Assembly: GCF_001194135.2 (NCBI RefSeq)
Contig: NC_068997.1
Span: forward strand, 7,573,364 to 7,618,724
Source: Octopus bimaculoides
Lineage: Eukaryota
Direction: 5' to 3'
Length of the DNA: 45,361 bases
Shown here: positions 26,340 to 37,639 of the stretch, piece after piece
How the letters are laid out: each line of letters opens with the position of its first letter
How positions within the stretch are numbered: position 1 is the stretch's first letter
The notes under the pieces: model-generated
Databases searched by the model: none
The model's input: the letters and a program-made list of their open reading frames with translations, nothing else
What the model was told of the DNA's origin: nothing
Program-made: the position numbers and the translations under genes

Positions 26340-26504
26340 TCACTTCTCTGAAGAAATTACTTTTCGGATCCATTCTAGATATGAAGAGACCTTTGTGAAG
26401 GCTGCTGGATAATAAGAGGGTCTGTTTGAGCTTACATATGAAGAAATTCCGACCACTTTTTCGCGACCATCTACTTTACAAACAAGTGGACTTCCGCTGT
26501 CACC
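26340..26504 (-). CDS. Last coding exon of a chymotrypsin/elastase-like S1 serine protease
   Basis: The minus strand reads ttttctttttatatttcag|GGT GAC AGC, giving GDSGSPLVCKVDGREKVVGISSYVSSNRPSYYPAAFTKVSSYLEWIRKVISSEK* (54 aa + TGA). It contains the catalytic Ser195 motif GDSG, PLVC and the terminal WI. The phase-0 acceptor immediately before GDSG is the usual intron position in S1 genes. Confidence 0.93.
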   Translation of the reverse strand, partial: GDSGSPLVCKVDGREKVVGISSYVSSNRPSYYPAAFTKVSSYLEWIRKVISSEK

Positions 26505-27038
26505 CTGAAATATAAAAAGAAAATGAACGCTAACGAATTTGTGGGCAAATTTATAAAACGCGCATCTCTTTAAGATTTAGTTGAGATCATCTCAAAGTAG
26601 AGACTTTTCTTCCGGTTTTATAAAATGAAACATTGAGATAAGAAACACATCTTTTTATGTAAAATAAAGTATTCCACCCAGAAACGTAAGAAATAGAGTA
26701 TGAGGTTAGTGAATTCCTACTGACGAGGCTAGAAACACGCTGAAATCACCTGATACAGTAGTTCCATTACTGGTGCTGACATTTCTTGTCTGCTACCAAT
26801 ACCTCTTTGCCTTTATGTACTAAACGTCTACACGAGAGCCTTTCTCAGGGCAAATACTCTATTAAAACCGCGCTCTTTTAATACTTTCACGTTAAATAGG
26901 ATACAGAGACTACCATGTTCCACTCTCATTTATTTAATTTCATATTATGTTCCGTACTTGACTAACACACTATTTTTAAGAATATGTATATTGAATTCTA
27001 ACACCAAGTTATTACTCTCGCTATGCCTACGCGAAATC

Positions 27039-27076
<38 letters not shown>

Positions 27077-27539
27077 TTCATACATATACATACACACAAA
27101 CACACACATGCGCATATGTAAATATGCATATATATATATATATATATATANNNNNNNNNNNNNNNNNNNNNNNNNNNNNNNNNNNNNNNNNNNNNNNNNN
27201 NNNNNNNNNNNNNNNNNNNNNNNNNNNNTGATCATATATATGTGTTCCCGATGCGTTTTGAAGACTACATTCTCCAAAGACAAGATAATTCCTTCAGTAA
27301 ATCCGTTCTCGTAAGAACATTCAAATTTCCGGCTAAGAGAATTGTTACATTTATTATTTCATGGAAACTTTATTTTCGATCACTTAAGGGGTGGGGGTGG
27401 GATGGTGGGGAATAGGAAAGATGATGACACTATTTTAAAGCCCCTAAATGATCGCGCAGCATTTGTTCCTAAATGTATTTTCCGATAAAACAAATTGTGC
27501 TATTAAATTATCTCCGTCTTACACGTGATTGAACAGTTT

Positions 27540-27907
27540 GATGATGACGATGATGACGATGATGACGATGATGATGATGACAATGATGACGACGAAGATT
27601 ATGATGATGATAAGGATGATGGCGATGATAAGGATGATGGTGGTGGTGGTGGTGGTGGTGATAGTGTGGTTGCGTTGACAATAATGATGGTGTTGATATT
27701 TATGATGATGGCTATGATGATTACTGGCTACAACCCCCCCCCCACTACTACTAATAATAATAATACGGTGGTGGTGATGATGACGATGAGGATGATGATG
27801 GTAGTGGTGATAATTTTTGTTGTTTTATAGTCTCTTTGTAAGTAAACATCTCCACGTATTACATTAAATGTTACTTTCCAGCCTCAAGCAATCCTCCCCC
27901 CACCACT

Positions 27908-27967
<60 letters not shown>
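27540..27967. repeat. Mixed trinucleotide tract (GAT/GAC/GGT)n, then (AAT)n at 27910-27967
   Basis: Directly visible. Confidence 0.9.
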
Positions 27968-27968
<1 letters not shown>

Positions 27969-28164
27969 AAGTAATACTAAAACTAACACCGATATTATTA
28001 CTGATGACAAAATCAATAATGTCCCCCCCCCTTTCATCCCCCCCCAGGGATCGTTCAAAAGAGATGGCTTCTAAAATGGCGATTCAGTCACGTGCTGCTA
28101 TACGCCAAGGTTTATATAAAAATCGAAAGAGGTGCAGACGCGCTGCACATTTAATGAAGTCATC

Positions 28165-28340
28165 TTTTCTCTTTCTTCTTCTTCTTGTTCCAGTTATTGG
28201 ACTGCGGCCATGCTGGGGCACCGCCTCCAAGGGTTTTAGTCGAATACATCGATCCCAGTATTTGAAGTCTACCAGGAATTCTATTGGTCTGTTTTGCCAA
28301 ACCATTATGCTACGAGGACGTAACAAACCAACAGCGGCAC
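28165..28340 (-). mobile_element. SINE family A, 3' half
   Basis: gactgcggccatgctggggcaccgcc tail motif. Confidence 0.75.
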
Positions 28341-28929
28341 AGGGTTCCACGTTGTTGCTTCTCGTGTGATCCTTGTATTATGCCGCTGGAAGAATCAATG
28401 ATCCTCTAGGAGCGTGGCGCACAAGTTCAACCTGATTTTGTTTCGCTTGTCCTCATTTTGAATAGAATCCACCGTAATGTCTGCTTCGGCCGATGAAGAT
28501 ATTGTTCTATGATTCGACCAAATTTACTTTTGTTTGTTGTCTCAAGAGCGTCTGGAAGCTCTTTCTGCTTATGGCAGGTTTTTGTCGATTTCTTCCTTTC
28601 CAGTTGCTCAATGTATTCCAAGGACAAGGACAAAACCGCCGCTCAAACGTTCTTTTCTCTACAGGGAGTCGGTCTTCATCAAGGAACTTTGGTAACTGAC
28701 AGTGCTGATAATATTTTTTTCTGAGAGTTTATTTGATTGCTTGAATATTATTCTTATTTTTGTTTGGCTCAGGTTCGGTCTTATTCGCTTTTACCTTACA
28801 ATTATAAACTTTTTAAGCAAATTTTCATACAGGATTTACTTATTTTCTTTTCCTTTTTTAAACCAAAAGGTTCAACTAAATGTTTTTCACAGTTTTCACA
28901 ATTTCTAATTAAATTACAACTTACCACTT

Positions 28930-30244
28930 CATCTTCTCCTTTTCGTCCACATAATTCACCACCGAGGCGCGAGGTTCAACATCCACCTCCAGTCTCAGTG
29001 GGTTCAGTCTCTCACAATGTCTTTCAATTTTGCAATCTTTCAAGTTGGGGTGTCCTACATCTCACTATAATTTTTCTTTTTGTTTGTGTTTTTCATGTCT
29101 TTTTTGTCTCTATATTTCTGCTGTCTTTGGATTTCTTGTAATTGCATGTGTGTGTCTGTGTATTCGCGTATTTGTGTTGCTGTGTGTTCGTTTGACTGTA
29201 ACTCTACGTATTTCATCTGTGTGTCTATGTTTTTAGGTTTCCGTAATTCTGGACTGTCTTGTTTCTGGTCTGAATGACTCTGTACTTGTAAGTCCTTTAC
29301 TGGTAATTCTACCGGTAAATCTTCTCCGTTTCTCATCGTGGGTTGGGTTTCCTCTTCCATTGCTTTACACTTCTTCAATTCCACTGTCGTCGATGACTTC
29401 TTTCTCTCTCTTTTCCTGGGTTTCATTTCCTCAAAATTCCCGTCATGTTCTGTTTTCTGTTTCTGCTTTTTATCTACCATTGTATCTTCCTGAACACTCT
29501 ACTCTACCATTTCCACTGCTGCTCTAGGGCATTTCGTTCTCAAGTGCCCTCTTTCACCACATCCGTAACACTTTGGGGGGTCTCCTCTCCAACATTATTT
29601 CTAGCTTTTCTCCATTTGGTAATTCCAAAGTTTCTGGCATTTCGTCGTAATATTTCGGGCTCACTGCACAGATTATCACTAATCCGTATCCCCAACCTGT
29701 TCAGTTTATCATGCTAATCCTCAGGTCTTCACTTTTCTTCCTCAGCTCTGAATTAAAAATTGCGGCTATTACCCATTCTGGGTCTATCGACGGTGGGATT
29801 CTTCCCACCTTAATCCTATTGATTCTTTTGCCCAAACAATTTGGTACCAACGTCTATTTCTCTCTCTGTATCAGCCTGTTGTCGGATTTTCTTGCCTCCT
29901 CCTCTGATACAAAGGTCACCATTATGGACGCATAATTCCTTCCTCTTGTAAAGAACGTTATCCTTTCTCCTATTTGTTTATCCAAGATTTCTTCTATCTC
30001 TTCCTGCGGCGCGTGTTCTATTCTCTTATTGACATTCGAAAATGTTCTGAATATAATCTATTTTTCTTTTTTCCTCCACTGGCAGGGTCATTTTTATATG
30101 TGACCCTTCTTTTATTATCATACCATAATAATTGGTTATCTCCTCTTCATTCCACTCCATCACCCCCAGCTTCAGCACACGTGGGTCCAGGGGAACTCGA
30201 CCTCCGCATAACTTTTCATTTTTTAATAATTCACTATCACCCAA
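28930..30244 (-). pseudogene. Disrupted gag-like ORF1 with CCHC zinc knuckle (L1/Tx1-type non-LTR retrotransposon)
   Basis: A long reading frame broken by stops and frameshifts (IFRTFSNV...VGRIPPSIDPEWVIAA...ELPNGEKLEIMLERRPP) leads to CYGCGERGHLRTKC (CX2CX4HX4C) at ~29530-29571, then a charged low-complexity tail. No ORF2 recognised downstream. Confidence 0.75.
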
Positions 30245-30889
30245 CGATGGTGTCTTCGCACAAAAAAATTACGCTCAATATTCTTCGAAAGACAACAAAA
30301 ATGTTCGGGTAGAGGTGGCGCTGCCAATTTCCTGTTCGAAATATATAGTTTTCAAAGTGACAACTAGTCACTGATCTATAAATAATTTAACCCCAGAAAC
30401 ATCGTCTCCAGCTGGCTATATGACATGATCGAAAATACAAGGACACAGATCGTGTCGTATAGTCCTAAACCAGGACTGCCATGTTATGTTGGTAAACAAT
30501 CTTTACTCCATACCTGTACCTGTTTATGATGTTCCAGATAATTCCATTGGTCATTCAGTGATTTCTCTGTGCTTGGTTTTGTTTGTGTGATACGTATGAA
30601 TCTAAACTGTACAGTTTCCATATACACGTACGTGGGAATTCACGACTGACATGAATATTCACTAAAGAATAGTGTCGTTACATATTAAAATCGTTTCTTC
30701 ATTAGAGAGGATTTTTGTTTTGATTAAAGATCAAACGATAAACTTATTTAATGTAATTGATATATATTACATAACTTGCACACACACACACATACAGATA
30801 TATATATATATATATATATATATTAAATAACTAGTATATATATATATATATATATATCTNNNNNNNNNNNNNNNNNNNNNNNNNNNNNN

Positions 30890-30935
<46 letters not shown>

Positions 30936-31296
30936 GATTTCATTCGTGTCGAATAATGCTACAGTTTAACGTGTTTAATAGAATTTGCTAATTTGATTAT
31001 ATTATTAATTAGACAGAACAGTGCATTATTAGATATTAATTATATACGTTAATTAATTATAAATTAATTAATTAAATAGCTTAAATTAAAATGATAGACA
31101 ATAAAGAATTTGTTCAAAAACTGGCAACCTCGGGAAATCTATACTCAATATCGCGCTTCGTAGGTTTGTAGGTATTCAAATATTTAATTGAGAAATAATA
31201 ACATGTGCAGACTGAAATAACGGCTCAAGACAACCGGAAGTGATCGAGGTTTTGTGAAGTTTTATTCGGATGAGAAAGGTTTAGTTATTTACTTAT

Positions 31297-31661
31297 CTTT
31301 TACCTTTTGTTTCAGGCGTTATGTAGCGGCCATGCTGGAGCACCACCTTGAAGAATGTTTGTCGAATGAGTTGACTACAGGACTTATTCAATCTGTTTAT
31401 TTTGTTCAACTGCTAAATTACGGGGACGTAAACACACCAACACCAGTTGTCAAGCGGTGGCAGGGATCAACACAGACACACACATACACACATAAACACG
31501 ACTGGATTCTTTCAGTTTCCATCTACCAAATCCACTCATGAGGTTTTTGTCGGCCCGAGGCTGTAGCAGAAGACACTTGCCCAAAATGCCGTGCAGTGGG
31601 ACTGAACCCGGAACCATGTGGTTGGGAAGCAAACTTCTTCGTACACAGCCACGCCTGCACC
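31297..31661 (-). mobile_element. SINE family A, full length
   Basis: Head (cacagccacgcctgcacc, reverse complement of the family head), gacacttgccca motif and tail gcggccatgctggagcacc. Confidence 0.88.
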
Positions 31662-32060
31662 ATGATCGAATGCATGTATTCCTTGATAAATGATTGAGTC
31701 ACAGCAGGAGCAGTTTACTTGGATCGATAACTGCAGACCTGGGGGGTAAAAAAAACAACAAAACTGGCCAGAATTCGACACATTGAAACATTCAACAGAA
31801 TAGTCCTGTTGTTGTTGTTGATGTCGTGAATTGTAGAGTCGTTATTATTGTTGTTTAGCCCAAGGTTGGAGCTGCAAGCAGATTTATGACCAAAGACATT
31901 CCAACCATGACATTCACACCAGTATCAACCGCTACATTATCGATGGCCTCGAGTATCATGGTTCTCTGTTTTCGCCGATATCAGCCATCTTGCGTGATAA
32001 ATCGTGTGTTGCTCGGGAGAATATGGAGGCCCAGGGTGACCGACACCTGTAGGCATGGCA

Positions 32061-32111
<51 letters not shown>

Positions 32112-32488
32112 GGGAGACAGAGGCAGAGAGACAAGACAAACAGACAGAGCCTTAAGCCAGTTCTTTCTCACGTTTGTTAGTTGTTAGTCATGTTGTTGTT
32201 AGTATTGTTGCAGCTGTCAGTATTGGTGTTGGTTGGTATTCCTGAAAGTAACGGTGTGGCAGAAACTGCGTTCGTTCAGTTTGCTAGAAATAGCAAAGAA
32301 ATATTCAAAATTCCCTTTGCTGTCTTAAATACGGGAAGGATACTTTGGTCAGTGTAGTCCTACATAGCCTTCTGAAGAAGGGATGATTGTGGCTGGAACG
32401 GCTTGGATCGATGGCATGCTCAATTATGATTGGTTTGAGACCAGGTTAGAACAATAGTGACAACAACAACAATAGTAGCAGCACTAGA

Positions 32489-32549
<61 letters not shown>

Positions 32550-32827
32550 GCAGAAAAATAATGTAAAACAATGTTGGACATCAGAAGTGCGAAGACAAAT
32601 TAAGGAATTTGCTAAAATCAAGAAAAGAATCTTGGCATAAAAAAAGGAAAACAGCAAAAACCCCGCCGCTGCCGTCTCTACTACTATTAATACCACGACC
32701 ACCACCGACGACAGGATGACGCGAGAATGATGGCAAGAAGAAGAAGAAGAAGAAGAAGAAGAAGAAGAAGAAGAAGAAGAAGAAGAAGAAGAAGAAGAAG
32801 AAGATGATGAAGAAGAAGAAGAAGAAG
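32489..32827. repeat. (CTA)n at 32489-32548 and (GAA)n at 32737-32827
   Basis: Directly visible. Confidence 0.92.
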
Positions 32828-33231
32828 CAACACCATCAAAACCAATAGCAAAACACGACGACGACCACNNNNNNNNNNNNNNNNNNNNNNNNNNNNNNNN
32901 NNNNNNNNNNNNNNNNNNNNNNNNNNNNNNNNNNNNNNNNNNNNNNNNNNNNNNNNNNNNNNNNNNNNNNNNNNNNNNNNNNNNNNNNNNNNNNNNNNNN
33001 NNNNNNNNNNNNNNNNNNNNNNNNNNNNNNNNNNNNNNNNNNNNNNNNNNNNNNNNNNNNNNNNNNNNNNNNNNNNNNNNNNNNNNNNNNNNNNNNNNNN
33101 NNNNNNNNNNNNNNNNNNNNNNNNNNNNNNNNNNNNNNNNNNNNNNNNNNNNNNNNNNNNNNNNNNNNNNNNATGATAGTTTGAAGAGGAAGATTTCTGA
33201 AGTAACCATCAGGCTTATTTAATATAGAATA

Positions 33232-33663
33232 AGTCAGCAAGTTGGCAGAACAGTTAGCACACCGGACAAATGGCTTAGAGCCTTTTCGTCCGTCTTTACT
33301 TTCTAAATTCATATTCCTCCGAGGTCGACTTTGCCTTTCGTTCTTTCAGAGTCAATAAAATTAGTACCAGTTGATACAGTTCTATATTTAAGAGATAGAG
33401 GAATTTTGTACATTATTTACTTTATTTAAATTTGAAGTATATTTGTCCTCATCTTGTTTGTTGTTAACACATTTCGGCTGATATACCCTCCAGCCTTCAT
33501 CGGGTGTCTTGGGGAAATTTCGAACCTGGGTTTTCATTTCTAAGGTATTTTTCGATGTTATTAATATTAATATTATTATTATTATTAAAAATAAATACTA
33601 GGGTCGATGTAATCGACTCCCTCTCCAACATTTCTGGCCTTGTGCAAGCATTTCAAACCAATA
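33232..33663 (+). mobile_element. SINE family B copy split by a nested hammerhead-bearing element
   Basis: The 5' part ends ...agtaccagttga at 33374. The 3' part resumes tactagggtcgatgtaatcgact at 33596, collinear with intact copies. Confidence 0.8.
33375..33595 (-). mobile_element. Hammerhead-bearing repeat, 5'-truncated copy (motif at 33466-33508)
   Basis: Same sequence as the arms of 39493-39996. The core reads CCGAUGA, with a 3-nt deletion after GAAA. Confidence 0.85.
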
Positions 33664-34023
33664 TAGAATATGTTAATCACGTGGTTACAATGGATAAGAA
33701 TTTCAACTCTCCTCCTAGTTTAAAATGGTATGTTATGTTGGTTTTTAACGAAATGAGTAGTATCTGCCACCAATATTTTAATGCTGTTGAAAGTAAGCAC
33801 ATATCCATTGTGTGTGAGGCTTTCAGTTTTAACTGCTCTTTCTACAGATTGTGTATCGATTTTCTATCAGGCTGCTATGTAGGAACGAAAGTAAACTCGC
33901 TAACATTCACGATGAATCTAATAATGTACATCACATTGACGTGACATGACCGATATTTTTCATTGCATAATGACAGATTTGTGATATGTTTGTCTCTTTC
34001 ACTTAACATCTTTTCCACAGTTG

Positions 34024-34067
<44 letters not shown>

Positions 34068-35059
34068 CTCTCTCTCTCCTCTCTCTCTCCCCTCTCTCTC
34101 TCTCCTCTCCCCCCTCTCCCCCTCTCCCTCTTTCTCTCTGTCTCCTCTCCCCTCCCCCCCTTTCTCTCCTGCTTCAAGGCAACGAAGTCAAATTTTTATG
34201 AATAACATGTGATANNNNNNNNNNNNNNNNNNNNNNNNNNNNNNNNNNNNNNNNNNNNNNNNNNNNNNNNNNNNNNNNNNNNNNNNNNNNNNNNNNNNNN
34301 NNNNNNNNNNNNNNNNNNNNNNNNNNNNNNNNNNNNNNNNNNNNNNNNNNNNNNNNNNNNNNNNNNNNNNNNNNNNNNNNNNNNNNNNNNNNNNNNNNNN
34401 NNNNNNNNNNNNNNNNNNNNNNNNNNNNNNNNNNNNNNNNNNNNNNNNNNNNNNNNNNNNNNNNNNNNNNNNNNNNNNNNNNNNNNNNNNNNNNNNNNNN
34501 NNNNNNNNNNNNNNNNNNNNNNNNNNNNNNNNNNNNNNNNNNNNNNNNNNNNNNNNNNNNNNNNNNNNNNNNNNNNNNNNNNNNNNNNNNNNNNNNNNNN
34601 NNNNNNNNNNNNNNNNNNNNNNNNNNNNNNNNNNNNNNNNNNNNNNNNNNNNNNNNNNNNNNNNNNNNNNNNNNNNNNNNNNNNNNNNNNNNNNNNNNNN
34701 NNNNNNNNNNNNNNNNNNNNNNNNNNNNNNNNNNNNNNNNNNNNNNNNNNNNNNNNNNNNNNNNNNNNNNNNNNNNNNNNNNNNNNNNNNNNNNNNNNNN
34801 NNNNNNNNNNNNNNNNNNNNNNNNNNNNNNNNNNNNNNNNNNNNNNNNNNNNNNNNNNNNNNNNNNNNNNNNNNNNNNNNNNNNNNNNNNNNNNNNNNNN
34901 NNNNNNNNNNNNNNNNNNNNNNNNNNNNNNNNNNNNNNNNNNNNNNNNNNNNNNNNNNNNNNNNNNNNNNNNNNNNNNNNNNNNNNNNNNNNNNNNNNNN
35001 NNNNNNNNNNNNNNNNNNNNNNNNNNNNNNNNNNNNNNNNNNNNNNNNNNNNNNNNNNN

Positions 35060-35123
<64 letters not shown>

Positions 35124-35218
35124 GAGTGTGTGTGGAGAGAGATAGGAGAGAGGGAGAGAGAGTGGAGAGAAAGAGGATAGAGAGAGAGAAGAATGTCTTT
35201 GATATTATTACGAAATAC

Positions 35219-35355
35219 CTTGCATAGTCCAACTGATCCATTTGTAACACCAGCGCAAACCTTGTTTTTTCTCATTTCCCCTTTCAGAGCAGCACATGCT
35301 GTATTTGGTTGAATGGGAAACCTTCCTTTCATCGCAGTCAGTGATTGCGAACCAT
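35219..35355 (-). CDS. Penultimate coding exon of the same S1 serine protease
   Basis: Boundaries are tttgattgcag|AT GGT...TGC AAG|gtattt. The exon is 137 nt (phase 1 in, phase 0 out) and encodes (x)GSQSLTAMKGRFPIQPNTACAALKGEMRKNKVCAGVTNGSVGLCK. It has the Cys168/Cys182 pair (AC...VCAG) and Cys191, and splices in frame to give GLCK|GDSG. Confidence 0.9.
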
Positions 35356-35798
35356 CTGCAATCAAACGAGTTTATTAGAGAATCATCTTTATCATTAAAT
35401 ATTTTGAGATATTTAGTTACATTCCTGTGTATGTTACTACCCTTCAAATTATAGGTTGTCCACTAACTGTCATCATTTCATGGAGGTTGAAACGAATATA
35501 TTTAAGAGTGAAGGACCAGCATTAAGTAAACAGCCCTGCACCTCCCCCACTAAATCAATGCTTTTGAGCCAGTGTTGGTAGAAATCATTGTAATCATGAC
35601 CCGGCGAGATTTGATCTCAAGACTTAATTGGATGTAAGTAAACACCACATGTCATTTAGTTCAGCGCTCGACCGGTTTTGATATTTCACCTGAAGAATAG
35701 TAATTATCCTTTCACAGTTGTCCCTAACACACGATACAAAGCCTCTTGAATAGCGAGGGTTTAGAAAACTTTTGCAGATATATACTTACCGTCTCCAA

Positions 35799-35870
<72 letters not shown>

Positions 35871-35894
35871 ACATGCATGCATACATACATACAT

Positions 35895-36200
35895 GCATGC
35901 ATGAAAACAAGGAATATTGTGGGACACCCCAAAAGAAACAGAAATTCGACGCAAACATAACAGACCTGATATCTTTCTGTGAGACGGAGAACAAAAGTCA
36001 AGCACTGTTGTAACGGTCAGCTGCCCATTGGATGTTAATGTAAAATCAAAAGCCCAGAGAAAAGAGGACATTAATAGTGAACTAATGCGGAACTTTCAGC
36101 TCCTGTGCCCTGACTATAAATTCTCATAGGTACATAAGGTTTTGTACCGACAAATTTGTACAAAAACCTAGAAATACTCGGTTTTTCGACGAAAGAGCAA
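35895..36200 (+). mobile_element. Restriction-like endonuclease (RLE) C-terminal fragment of an R2/R4/NeSL-group LINE
   Basis: NKEY(W)DTP...KHNRPDIFL*D...TVVTVSCPLDVNVK...LMRNFQLLCPDYKFS, containing the PD motif of RLE domains. Confidence 0.7.
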
Positions 36201-36539
36201 AAGAAACTGACGTGGATTCTCGAAATCCAATAATCGATTAGCGGTCGAGTGAAGATTCGTAAGACATTCCAAAGATTTATCATCTGGGACTCTTTATGTG
36301 AATATTGCACGCCATAACCGTAACCCTAAGACTTCCCTAGTACTTATACGATGCGGAAGACGATGATCCATTTCGAAGGCAATGGTGCCCGAATAAACCA
36401 AAAATAAGAAAAACACATTCTCTCTATCATTCACTAAGAGTTCCGATGTTCTTTAAGCCTGCTCTGAGTATCATCGATAAACCACATCGATAAATGGGGC
36501 CGTGAAAAGGAAACGTTGTACAATATATCGACCTTTTAA

Positions 36540-36757
36540 GGTGGCGAGCTGGCAGAAACGTTAGCACACCGGGCGAAATGCTTAGCGGTATTTCGTCTTT
36601 CTTTACGTTCTGAGTTCAGATTCCGCTGAGGTCGACTTTGCCTTTCATCCTTTCGGGGTCGATAAATTAAGTCCCAGTTGCGTACTGGGGTCGATCTAAT
36701 CGACTGGCCTCCCTCCTAAAAAAATGTCGGGCCTTGTGCCTAGAGTAGAAAAGAATA
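36540..36757 (+). mobile_element. SINE family B, full length with ~15-bp TSD
   Basis: A-box-like tggcagaaacg and B-box gagttcagattc. The central gcctttcatcctttcggggtcgataaattaagt resembles the Nin/Deu SINE domain (from memory). Flanked by aatatatcgaccttt / aatatatcgatcttt. Confidence 0.92.
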
Positions 36758-36984
36758 TATCGATCTTTAATCTGTATCCGAACATTGTGTATTTTTGTCC
36801 CACTCCCCTTACATGTAAATTAACATTCCTAAATGTTTTGCATCCTTTTTGTGTAATACGTTTTGCATTGTACGTTTGGGCCAATGTGTTATCTGTCTTA
36901 TTCCCTTTTTAACGCATTTATCTTTTGCAGCAGTAGGACCTTCGTTATCAGGTTTGATATTTCGACTATGTGTATATGTAAGCG

Positions 36985-37445
36985 GACTGTAATTTTGTAT
37001 GTGAATGTGTGTTTCTCGTGGAATATTTGTTGTTCCAAACAATGCTATTTTCGTTGCGTGTATAGATGTATGGAGCCTGAAACTTTACACGTATTTCTGT
37101 TATTAATTTTATTTTCTACTGTTCCAGCTATAATGCAAATTATTTTTACATTCAGCCTCTCATTTATTATATATAAATTTCTGAAACCTTATATTTTGAT
37201 AGTTTTAAAAATTCTCTCCAATGGTTGTTCCGGTCAGAATAGAATAACAATTCAATAGAAAGATTCTTTTCTAACTCAATTCTCAATTATAATGTCAGAG
37301 AGATTTTATGTGATTTCTCTATTAGTTTTCACAGACACATTCCAAACTGTTGCCAACCGGTTGTTTTCGATGATTGATTCTGATAACTGTTGATACTATT
37401 TTGTTGTCTGTCTGATAGACTTGGGTCTTCGCATTGCCCCAACTG
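36985..37445 (-). mobile_element. Second degenerate R4/Dong-type RLE 3' fragment
   Basis: VWNVSVKTNREIT*NLSDII, KLSKYK (37188-37205) and KIALFGTTNI (~KIALLGTAHI), in the expected order. Confidence 0.6.
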
Positions 37446-37456
37446 TATATATATAT

Positions 37457-37636
37457 ATACCGGAGTAAGCACATGAAATGTGCAACAAGGTGGAGAAAAA
37501 AGTACTCAAATACCAGAGGTAGAGTAATATGCTTTATTTAAAAGCAGCAGAAATATAACAAAAAAACCGTTACTCTGACTTTCACGTTCCTGTTCATCGG
37601 ACAGTTTTGTTTCTGCTGCTTTTAAATAAAGTATAT
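37457..37636 (-). mobile_element. Third PLE-type repeat with a short inverted duplication and weak hammerhead-like motif (37572-37605)
   Basis: A 27-bp inverted repeat (one mismatch) at 37527-37553 / 37610-37636. The minus strand reads ACUGU-CCGAUGA-AC(AGGAAC)GU-GAAA-GUC-AGAGU. Confidence 0.5.
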
Positions 37637-37639
37637 ATA

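Noticed and set aside
26715-26765. CUGACGA...GAAA hammerhead-like string
   Set aside because: Stem I cannot form in register with the putative cleavage site; single copy.
35776-35790. Minus-strand GGT TGG AGA CG|GTAAGT, resembling the missing GWG exon end of the protease
   Set aside because: It is immediately preceded by a (GT)n microsatellite, with no coding sequence or acceptor.
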